Origin: Octopus bimaculoides
Taxonomy: Eukaryota
Assembly (NCBI RefSeq): GCF_001194135.2
Contig: NC_068983.1
Coordinates: forward strand, 153,374,704-153,438,703
DNA length: 64,000 bases
Direction of reading: 5' to 3'
The position numbers and the translations under genes are program-made. Shown here one piece after another: positions 53,801-64,000 of the stretch (the first letter of the stretch is position 1; every line of letters starts with the position of its first letter). The notes beneath the pieces were generated by a model. It did not search any database. It was not told the origin of the DNA and saw nothing but the letters and a program-made list of their open reading frames with translations.

Positions 53801-56203
53801 TTTTTAAACAACTCCTTCGCAAAATTGGCAAGGTGTGGTTTAAAAGGTGGTTTGCTTCTATATTTAAATTTAATTCACCGTAAAAATAAACCTCTCTTCC
53901 TTCTGCGTAAGTATTACTCTGGTTTCCCATTTCAAAGTAATAAGCTTTACATTACACTCTTCCTATAAACGCATTGGATTTTCAATGAGAATCTTTACGA
54001 ACTCTTTTATCGTTGGATTTGAAATGTCCTTACGTGATCCGTCGATTTGTAAACTTTCCATTATTAGATTATTTTGTCCCTAGCTTACACAAATTAAATG
54101 TATTAAATATCAGAATGAAGAGTAAATAAAATATTGTCAATCCAGGCAAATTGCTTCACAAGCTCTCTGTTAATAAAAATACACCAAGCAAACAGAAATG
54201 TTAATATTAGTAAAGAAATCCAGTTAATACTAAGTTCAGGTCCGATGTTGAAGTCCATCACTCTTCAAGTTTGTAAATCCATGGTTATGTATGTATGTAT
54301 GTATGTATGTATGTGTATGTATGTATGCATGCATGTATGTATGTATGTATGTGTGCATGTATATATACACACTCACATATATATTTATACACACAATATA
54401 TGTATATGCATGCATGTATGCGTGTATGTATGTATTTATGAGTCTGCGAAAATTATAGTGACTTCTCTATATATGTTTAGAAATCCGATATACATGCAGG
54501 AATGAGGTTTATTATACTGTATGTATATTTTATTTTGCTGTATATTCATTCAGCGTCTTTACAGATCTCAAAATTATCGAGTTGTTGCATTATATATGTG
54601 GCAAGAAAATGTATTGAAAATCAACTGATGACACCAGTAACCATGCAAAAGTTAATTAATTTGTATTTCTCTATGTCTCCCTTGCCTGACTGGACAGGAA
54701 TTATCATTAAAGCTAATGATTATTCTCTTCATCATGCGTGTAATTTTAATTAATGTTTTCTTTTTTCCTTTCTTTCTTTTACTCATTACATTATATATGT
54801 GTGTTGGCACGTAACTAATATAAATAATGTCTGACATATTTCAAAGTCGAAGCATCTTTTGGTCGTTCGACCTGATAAAATTAGCAACTAAATCCATCCC
54901 AATTTATACAATAACCAACTTAAAGTAAGATGAAGATGCTAGATAATGTTTCTACATACACATACACACACGCGCACACACACATTTGTGAATAAACGAC
55001 GGGATAAGCAAAACTGAAATGGCTTTCGATGTGGGTCTTCATATGCAGGTGAAATCTTGGGCTGAATAATAGATTATATATGGAACTGAGTGACTGGTCA
55101 ACAGAGCTGAAGAACCAATACATGAGGACATTGGATGAAATACAAATGTCTGAAAATAAGTTTAGAAATCTGAAAAATTAAAGGGACTAATAGTGGATTA
55201 CACACACACACACATACCCACACACACATATATGTATATGTATATGTATATATATATANNNNNNNNNNNNNNNNNNNNNNNNNNNNNNNNNNNNNNNNNN
55301 NNNNNNNNNNNNNNNNNNNNNNNNNNNNNNNNNNNNNNNNNNNNNNNNNNNNNNNNNNNNNNNNNNNNNNNNNNNNNNNNNNNNNNNNNNNNNNNNNNNN
55401 NNNNNNNNNNNNNNNNNNNNNNNNNNNNNNNNNNNNNNNNNNNNNNNNNNNNNNNNNNNNNNNNNNNNNNNNNNNNNNNNNNNNNNNNNNNNNNNNNNNN
55501 NNNNNNNNNNNNNNNNNNNNNNNNNNNNNNNNNNNNNNNNNNNNNNNNNNNNNNNNTGTGTGTGTGTGTGTGTGTGTGTGTACAGGACCGTCCAAATAAT
55601 TCTGTTCTCTATGTAAGTGCAAACACACTAAGTACCTTCTTTGTGTTGTAAAAAGAAAGGCAAAGGAAACACAAGTAAATCAAACACACAAAGTCATCAT
55701 ATTGCTTATAAATAATGAAATAAATACATACAAAATAAGCTCTCAAATATTAAAAAAAAATGGAATGGAGAGCACATATATATACGTATACGCGCACGCA
55801 TGTGTGTGTGTAAAACTAAGATCGAACGATCAAGATGTACCAAGTTAGAAGGCTTCGAACAATTTGTAGAAGTTATAAAAGAAAACTCAGGAACGATAGT
55901 CGTTTATTGTGGTAGAAGGTTGTAATTTTTTTCCATATCCAAGTTGGAGTTATAATTCACAGTTATCAACAGGAGTTGCTGTATATGCGAATGAAAATTC
56001 AAATTTAAGGAATGGAGTAGAGAAAGTGCAGGCTACATATGTTTCAAAGCTAGGAAAACCCAGAAGTTGTAATTATCCAAACGCGGGGCCTTACGAGTAA
56101 TCGGATTACACCATATTAGTATCATTACTAATCTGATATTTGCTAGCTTTCAAACATATGTATCTTGGATTTTAGCTACCCCATTCTCTAAATTTGGATA
56201 TAT

Positions 56204-56263
<60 letters not shown>

Positions 56264-56928
56264 NNNNNNNNNNNNNNNNNNNNNNNNNNNNNNNNNNNNN
56301 NNNNNNNNNNNNNNNNNNNNNNNNNNNNNNNNNNNNNNNNNNNNNNNNNNNNNNNNNNNNNNNNNNNNNNNNNNNNNNNNNNNNNNNNNNNNNNNNNNNN
56401 NNNNNNNNNNNNNNNNNNNNNNNNNNNNNNNNNNNNNNNNNNNNNNNNNNNNNNNNNNNNNNNNNNNNNNNNNNNNNNNNNNNNNNNNNNNNNNNNNNNN
56501 NNNNNNNNNNNNNNNNNNNNNNNNNNNNNNNNNNNNNNNNNNNNNNNNNNNNNNNNNNNNNNNNNNNNNNNNNNNNNNNNNNNNNNNNNNNNNNNNNNNN
56601 NNNNNNNNNNNNNNNNNNNNNNNNNNNNNNNNNNNNNNNNNNNNNNNNNNNNNNNNNNNNNNNNNNNNNNNNNNNNNNNNNNNNNNNNNNNNNNNNNNNN
56701 NNNNNNNNTGTGTGTGTGTGTGTGTGTGTGTGTGTCTGTGTGTGTGTGTGTGTGTTTGTGTGTGTCTATGTGTGTGTATCATAGATAGATAGATAGGTAG
56801 GTAGATTGAGAGAGGGGGAAACTGAGGGAGAGTGAGAGAAAAAATGTGATGGCATTGGTATAAATAATGATCATCTTATAAACTGTATCATAACTTACAG
56901 CCGTTACTGGTACGAGACGCAGTGGATT

Positions 56929-57056
56929 TGTTATGTCGACGCCCTCAGACGATGAAGTAGGCTAGCCCAATAGGTACATATAGAGGGAGAAGTCTAGACG
57001 TCGGAGTAGTTGAGTAGAAGTCATCCGAACGCGCGATATAATAGTGGCGACGAGGA
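56929..57056 (+). mobile_element. Possible short Gypsy LTR followed by a primer-binding site
   Basis: TG-start, GC-richer 115-bp block followed by TGGCGACGAGGA (57045-57056), a motif typical just inside Mag-type 5' LTRs. Confidence 0.3.
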
Positions 57057-57984
57057 TTTCGTAGCTCACACTGCCACTGTGTAGTATTGCGATATAACAG
57101 GATTCATAGTTGAGTACCTGAGTAACCCCTTATAGCTTCATCGGAGCCTCAAACTACTTGTATACATATGTTTCCATTTGTCTTTTGTTTTTTTGGTTTG
57201 AACGATGACTTTAATACCGTTGCATGTCCTCCAGTAGCCTATTACAAACTTGAAAATTATTGTTCAGTAAGCTGTACGTCATTCATTTTACATATCAACT
57301 GTAATGCTAAACACTGTTTCACATTTATCATTCGATTTCTTATTCCGCGTTACATGACTCTCCACATGATAACATTAATTTCCATTGTCATCGAAATATG
57401 TAAATCTTTTATTTTTTTCAAATGGTCATGTCGGAATGGAACTTTTCAAACAATAGTGCAAGATATTACAGGACCATTGAAAGTATTACGCATATTCTAA
57501 TTATACAGATTTTGTTTCATTAAGTATCTGCATGTTCTGGAGGAGAGAGCTTATGAATTATAATTTTTCTTATTCTTTGCTTTCGAAAAATAGAAACATA
57601 TATTGTTTAACGAAATATATAGAAATTACATGCACTTTGTAAGATTCAACATATTATTTTTATAGCAATCCATTCAGACTTATTTTCGAATGTTTAACTG
57701 TAATAACATAATAATATATTGTAATATTTCATGATATGATGATTTGTAAATTCAAGCCCATATCATATATTTCCATATCTTATGCCAAATTCATAACAGT
57801 TTATACTTTTTCCTTCTTCATAAATTTCGTTGGTCGAGACATTTTCGTAATCATAGTCGATTACATTATTTGGGTCACCCTAAATTCCAGAGCTATAACA
57901 TATTTCATCCTCGTTCTTCCGTGGAGAAACTAAATCTTGTAAATTTGTGAACAATGAAATTTAAATTTGATTATTTAAATTATT

Positions 57985-58169
57985 TACATTATTTACATTA
58001 TTTACATTTGACGGATATTTATCCTCATCTTGTTTGTTGTTAACACAACGTTCCGGCTAATATACCCTCTAGCCTTTATCATGTGTGTTGGGGAAATGTC
58101 GAACCTTTGTTCTCATTCCTAAGGTATTTTTCGATGTTGTTGTTGTTGTTGTTGTTGGTGTTGTTGTTG

Positions 58170-58242
<73 letters not shown>

Positions 58243-58270
58243 CATTATTATTGTTGTTATTATTGTTATT
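57985..58270 (-). mobile_element. PLE-derived spacer + HHR tail (core mutated) with 9-bp TGTAAATAA tail repeats
   Basis: Minus strand reads (aat/aac)n-catcgaaaaataccttaggaatgagaac..cacacATGATAAaGGCTAgagggtatatTAGCCggaacgttgtgtt. Confidence 0.85.
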
Positions 58271-58840
58271 GCCTTTGCACAGCTTCAAACGCTGGAGATG
58301 AACTTTAGTGTCGGCTGTTCACACCTCTTATTTTTCGAGCACCTTCCGGAGTATACTAGCGTTTCCAAGCAGTGCTGTTTTCTGCAAATGCTCCACCTTT
58401 GTTGCAGCCCTTTTTTGTTCCACGTTATTCGCGAGACTTTTGCTCAGTGTTCCCAGAGCTCTGACAATTATTGGTACTACTGCTACCTTTTTCATCGACC
58501 ACAACGGCTTAACTTCCCAAGCTAACCTGTCATATCTCTCGACTTTTCTTTCTTCTTTATCGCATACCTTGTTGTCAGCTGAGCATGCTATGTCTATGAT
58601 CCAGCATAGCTTGTTTTCCTTCTCAATTAAGATTGTGTCCGGCTTCCTATTCTCTATCTTATGATCACACTGAATCATAAAATCCCATAGGATCGTTGCA
58701 TTTCTATTTTCGACGATGCTTTCAGGTTTGTGGTCGTACTGATTTTTTGCTCTGTGAAGTCCATACTTGTTGCAAAGTGTCCAATAGACGCGTCTGCCTA
58801 TATTGTCGTGGCGTCTCTTATATTCTTTCTGGGCTAGTGG
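58271..58840 (-). mobile_element. Young 5'-truncated R4/Dong-like element family B (uninterrupted RLE frame + 57-nt 3'UTR)
   Basis: The frame is open from about 58840 to the stop at 58328: LAQKEYKRRHDNIGRRVYWTLCNKYG..ILWDFMIQCDHKIENRKPDTILIEKENKLCWIIDIAC..KVERYDRLAWEV..VVPIIVRALG..LQKTALLGNASILRKVLEK*. Confidence 0.9.
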
Positions 58841-58845
58841 GCCAC

Positions 58846-59305
58846 GGGCATATGGCGTAGTGGTTAAGAGCGCTGGCTACTAACCCCAAGATTACGTGTT
58901 CGTTTCCAGTGAATAATAATAATAATAATAATAAGAAGAAGAAGAAGAAGAACAGGAAGAGGAAGTGGAAGAAGAAGAAGAAGAAGAAGAAGAAGAAGAA
59001 GAAGAAGAAGAAGAAGAACAGGAAGAGGAAGAAGAAGAAGAAGAAGAAGAAGAAGAAGAAGAAGAAGAAGAAGAAGAAGAAGAAGAAGAAGAAGAAGAAG
59101 AAGAATAACAACAACAACAACATCATCGAAAAATACCTTAGGAATGAGAACCCAGGTCCGAAATTTCCCCCATGACACCTGATGAAGGCTAGAGTGTATA
59201 TCAGCCGAAACGTTGTGTTAACAACAAACAAGATGAGGACAAATATCCTTCCAATGTAAACACTGTAAATAAAACATATATTTCCTCATCTCTTAAATAT
59301 AGAAC
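58846..59305 (+). mobile_element. Free-standing tRNA-head / (AAG)n / hammerhead element (SINE-like PLE derivative)
   Basis: A box TGGCGTAGTGG at 58853; partially degraded B box gtgttcgtttcc; (AAT)(AAG)(AAC) spacer; conserved linker; HHR; 3' stem AGATGAGGA (59231-59239) / TCCTCATCT (59283-59291). No PLE coding sequence lies upstream. Confidence 0.8.
59174..59219 (+). ncRNA. Minimal type I hammerhead ribozyme (PLE-type)
   Basis: GACAC-CUGAUGA-A-GGCU(agagtgtatatc)AGCC-GAAAC-GUU-GUGUU: stem I GACAC/GUGUU, intact core, palindromic ACGU helix III, predicted cleavage 3' of 59214. Confidence 0.75.
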
Positions 59306-60384
59306 TGTTTAAATTTCATATTTCTTACTTTGACCGTGTAGTTGTTGAGCAGACATGGTCAAATTTCTATACAATAATCACTACTCCTGAAGTATAGAAA
59401 TATATCCATGATCATATTAACCAAAGATAAAATTTTTTTAAAAATATTCTATTTCTTTTTTTATAACGGTGGGTTGTGAGTAAACAGTAAGACATGTTAT
59501 TGTGCGATGGAATATAGATATAGTGTTTAGAGGCTTTCAAGACGTAATAATCACATTATATTTCCATATATAGTGTAAATTAACACTACTCGATTCCGTG
59601 TTTCTTAGCTTGCTAAAAGGTCGTGAGATTCCTTGAAGGAAGATTTTCTGCAGTTTCTAGTAATTTCAGTGACAACGTAGAGTTACTTTTCGTTGTCGAT
59701 AGAGAACGACCAGTCCTACATTTAATTTGTAATTGACAATCTTTGACAATATTTCTTCAGACCGCCAGTAAACTTACCTATCGGTTAAAAGAGCACTCAT
59801 AGCAACGAAGACAATTTACTACATACTAAAATGCTATATTGAACTTTGATTCGTGTTACGGTTTATAATTGTGTACTACTCTTTCTCTACGATAGATTCA
59901 TTCAATTTAACATAGGTTTTATTTGTCTACAATGCATAATGCATAGTCTTCTCACAAGTATACTGAGCGTTTGCATATTACAAGTTTAAATAATGAGAAT
60001 AAACTTTCGTTGCGTACTGAATCTTTATCAATCATGTATAGATGTAAGAAATTGAAATGTGTTCCTACTATCCACGACATTATACAGTACCATTATTCCT
60101 TCCATATGTATAATAATTCATAAGTAATTTCTAAACTTCTTGAGGCTGGTTTAATGTTCTGCCCCTCCGTGTTCAAAATCGAATCGTTTATTGAAACAGT
60201 TGAATAAATATTTCAATATTCTTCTATCTTTAATGTCATATTCAATATCAGCTTAGCTGAAATACATTCTTCATCAACAACTGTAACAAATAGCATAGTG
60301 AATATCATGAAAGTAATAACCCTCTCTCACAAACTCTCACTCTTACACTTTCTCTCCATCGTATACGCCGTCATTGTCAACATC

Positions 60385-60960
60385 CCCATCAAGCTTCTTC
60401 TGCTCAGCAGGTTGGATACTATGAATCACCACTTCGATCATCCGTGTGCTGCCCTTATAACATTCAATGCATTTTACGTCTCTCCAATTCTTGAATATAA
60501 TCCATCTACGTAATTATTGGTTTTCACCTTACTCTATTCCCATTTATTTTCCTGTCTATTAACAATCTCTGTAAACAATTTTTTTTTTCTAATTAACTGC
60601 CAAAAGTATTTTAGTTTCCTTCCTTTGATGGTGTCTAATAAAATATTCTTGGTTGTGTGTTCTTAGTTGCGTCATCCTCAATGTTTCAATATTTGTTATG
60701 TGTTCTGTCCAAAAGCCTTCTAATCTATTTCATTATACTTTTGTTAATATCCAGATGAAGCTCCACATAGTTAAGTGGCACATACATAATATTTTAGTAA
60801 ACTTTTTACAAGGTTTGATATTGATGTTTCTTGATGTGAGTGTGTGAGACTTTTTTTCAGCTGACACTCTAGCTATATCTGTCCTCCGTTTGATTTCTAT
60901 CTGCAAACAACGCATTAATTCTTTCCAGTTGATGTTGGAATATGGTGCCACCAGAATTGT
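60385..60960 (-). mobile_element. RTE-clade LINE 3' fragment, decayed
   Basis: Minus frames give CLQIEIKRRTDIAR..LTSRNINIK and NILLDTIKGRKLKY..RKINGNR. Confidence 0.7.
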
Positions 60961-61045
60961 ATTTAAGTGGATATATGAAAGCTCTGTATTTTGTTACCAT
61001 TTGGTAGAAAACTATAATTCTATGTTCATTAGCTAGCTAGCTAGC

Positions 61046-61098
<53 letters not shown>

Positions 61099-61111
61099 GA
61101 ATAGATAGATA

Positions 61112-61270
61112 TACAACAGGCTTCTCTCGGTTTCGGTCTATCAAGCCCATTCACAAGGCTTTGGTCGGCCCGAGGCTATAGTATAAGACACTTGGCCAAA
61201 ATGCCACGTAGTGCAACTAAACGCGGATCCATGTGGTTGGGAAGCAGACTTCTGCCACACAGCCACGCCT
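61112..61270 (-). mobile_element. S3 SINE head
   Basis: cacaaggctttggtcggcccgaggctatagtataagacacttg..atgtggttgggaagcag.cttct.ccacacagcc. Confidence 0.8.
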
Positions 61271-61318
61271 GCACATACACACACCCCCACACACACACAT
61301 GCACACGCACACACACAT

Positions 61319-61346
<28 letters not shown>

Positions 61347-61351
<5 letters not shown>

Positions 61352-61468
61352 GTTCAAATTTACAGAAAAACAAAAGACTTTGGCAGGTGTATTATTTTGG
61401 TGCTTGGGTGAGAAACTCTTTTACGTTTCGAGCCTAAGCTCTTCAACAGAAAGGAATAAGAGAAAATG

Positions 61469-61505
<37 letters not shown>

Positions 61506-61550
61506 TTAAAAAAGACTTATGGAGTTAGTGATCAAGCATGGTGACTGGTT
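61347..61550 (-). mobile_element. Family P2 repeat with a hammerhead-like motif (variant core) at 61418-61453
   Basis: Minus strand CTTT-CTGTTGA-A-GAGC(TTAG)GCTC-GAAAC-GTA-AAAG; homologous to 50817-51017. Confidence 0.7.
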
Positions 61551-62049
61551 GGGGAACAAGGTTTGACAGGAGAGNNNNNNNNNNNNNNNNNNNNNNNNNN
61601 NNNNNNNNNNNNNNNNNNNNNNNNNNNNNNNNNNNNNNNNNNNNNNNNNNNNNNNNNNNNNNNNNNNNNNNNNNNNNNNNNNNNNNNNNNNNNNNNNNNN
61701 NNNNNNNNNNNNNNNNNNNNNNNNNNNNNNNNNNNNNNNNNNNNNNNNNNNNNNNNNNNNNNNNNNNNNNNNNNNNNNNNNNNNNNNNNNNNNNNNNTAT
61801 ATATATATACATGTAAGATCCAGGGTTCGAGTTAAATGAAGAAAGTTAGCTTCAAGCGATCCCTAGTAAATATAAAAAGACAGCTTTCAGGGACAATACT
61901 GGTGTATCGAGACAGAGTGTTCCGGTCCCTTTTTCGCATCGAAGAACGATAAGCTGAAAACTGTTCGTTTTATATTCCATCGTTGGTGACCAGGGTTACT
62001 GTGTGTGTGAATAAGAATACAAGAGTTACGGAATGTAGTTAGCAAGATC

Positions 62050-62690
62050 CGCGCTACATATGTTTCATAGAGAGCGGAACCTGAGAAGTAGTAATAATCC
62101 AAGCGAGGTGTATACTGCCGGCTACTCTTCAGGTCAAGGATATCTTGATAAAATTAAAGGCTACCTGTCGCAACGAGGTACATATTTGTATATAAGTATG
62201 TAATTGAGACAATATTTAATAAAAATAGCCATCTGGGCATCGTATTTATCTATAGTTACCACATTCTTGATACGCTAATTCTTGCATTATTTGCATAACA
62301 TGCCGCGTACTTGCTGCCCGCCGTGTACTCAGATAACAAGTCACCGTCTTTGATATAGGAAAGAATGTGAATAAAATATTCACTGATGTTAGGAATAGTC
62401 GCCGGCTTTCTAATATGGCACCGATAAGGCTTTCAGGACAATCCTTACCGTAGATAGCATTTTAGCCATTTTTAGCGGCAGTGTCTTGTCTCATAGGAAG
62501 ATAGTACATTACGGACATTTTAGACAGCTATTGTTTATTCTATATGAGTACTGTCTTCCACACTGTCATGGCACAATTTCAGTTTTCTATTACAGTGTCG
62601 TGTTTTAGAGGTACTCTGATATCAGTTTCTTCTAGGATATCACTTGATCTTGGATACTAACGGGGGAAATGTGAACCACATGATTATACT
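62050..62690 (-). mobile_element. Highly decayed RLE-type non-LTR element C-terminus (third family)
   Basis: Across frameshifts at 62585-62480: KLCHDSVEDSTHI..NSCLKMSVMYYLPMRQDTAAK, fitting a CxxC..H..C knuckle followed by YYLP.RHD. Confidence 0.4.
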
Positions 62691-63252
62691 ACCTTTCTCA
62701 ACGACGGTATTCTCTTAAGTTTGGGATAACTATGTAGGCATAACTTTCCACTCTTATGAGGTGTATTTCTCTACCAACAATTTACACAAACGCAAGCACA
62801 CACGCAGACCGTCACCCAAAATATAAACACACTCACTCACGCATGTATATACACACGTGCATGTGTATGTGTGTATGTGCGTGTGTGTTTAATATGAACA
62901 ACAAGAGCAAGTATTTATTTCAAAAAATATTTACAAGGTGAATATTTCATCAGATGATAAAGTAAAGTTTATGAGTGTGTTACATGTTTTAAATATATTA
63001 TTACGTTTCCACGGCTTTTAAAATAACGAAATCTAAACAATACAATACAAATTGAGAAAAAAAGCTCAATTGTCATCTATATGTGTGAAATCTATATATT
63101 TGAAAGTGTTTCATCTTTGCAATGAAACATTCATAGTTTCGTTCAGAGGAGGGCCATTTTAATATTCATTATTAGTATTTTATCTTAGATATAATGTATT
63201 TCTTGGTATATTTTGTTTCGCATTTCGCAATGAAATATCAAAGCAAAATAAA

Positions 63253-63309
<57 letters not shown>

Positions 63310-63356
63310 AACACACACACATACACACACATACATACATACATACACACATAAAC

Positions 63357-63389
<33 letters not shown>

Positions 63390-63685
63390 CGCCTAAACAG
63401 AATGACACGTGGCAGATATTTTGAGAAGCGGACATGAAAATAATCATAAATATTGTAAACAGTCAATATTTTGAACGGTGATGTGATTATCAGATTATAA
63501 ATGCTCACCGTAACGGAATGGAAACGAATATCTACATTAATGTGTAAGTATGTATGCATGTATGAATGTATGTATGTATGTATGTATGTATGTATATATA
63601 TATATATATATATGTATACACATTTATATATACATATGTATATATACACTCATATGCATATGTGTGCATATGTATATATACATAT

Positions 63686-64000
63686 GTTGTTGTTGTTGTT
63701 GTTGGCACTCCGTCGCTTACGACGTCGAGGGTTCCAGTTGATCCGATCAACGGAACAGCCTGCTCGTGAAATTAACGTGCAAGTGGCTGAGCACTCCACA
63801 GACACGTATACCCTTAACGTAGTTCTCGGGGATATTCAGCGTGACACAGTGTGACAAGGCTGACCCTTTGAATTACAGGTACAACAGAAACAGGAAGAAA
63901 GATTGAGAGAAAGTTGTGGTGGAAGAGTACAGCAGGGTTCACCACCATCCCCTGCCGGAGCCTCCTGGAGCTTTTAGGTGTTTTCGCTCAATAAGCACTC
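63686..64000 (-). mobile_element. S2 SINE with (AAC)n tail, cut by the window end
   Basis: Nearly identical to 7841-8090; 3' end ...gtaagcgacggagtgcc(aac)n on the minus strand. Confidence 0.9.

Noticed and set aside
59773-59830. Minus-strand VNCLRCYECSFNR next to a perfect GTAAGT donor (Ly6/three-finger-like LxCYxC start)
   Set aside because: An in-frame TAG immediately precedes the donor and the other two frames are also closed. It could only be a UTR exon, a pseudo-exon or chance.

Overview
This is AT-rich, microsatellite-dense animal genomic DNA with 13 N-gaps. The SINE families resemble those I recall from cephalopods (Octopus); that attribution is an inference. No host gene can be identified with confidence. 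Almost all ORF-track entries are microsatellite, gap or antisense-TE artefacts, and only four weak-to-moderate minus-strand exon candidates remain. The window is a transposon graveyard: two Penelope-like (PLE) lineages, several RLE-type non-LTR fragments (R4/Dong-like, HERO-like), RTE and CR1 LINEs, an internally deleted Gypsy, two Tc1/mariner derivatives, a probable Helitron derivative and three tRNA-derived SINE families. The most interesting observation concerns a PLE whose GIY-YIG ORF is followed by a tRNA-like Pol III head (A and B boxes), a trinucleotide spacer and a minimal hammerhead ribozyme (HHR). The same head-spacer-HHR cassette also occurs free-standing at 58846-59305, starting near the tRNA +1 position and with an intact HHR core. 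This suggests a PLE-derived, ribozyme-bearing SINE-like element. All calls were made by eye without databases, and element boundaries are approximate unless stated otherwise.
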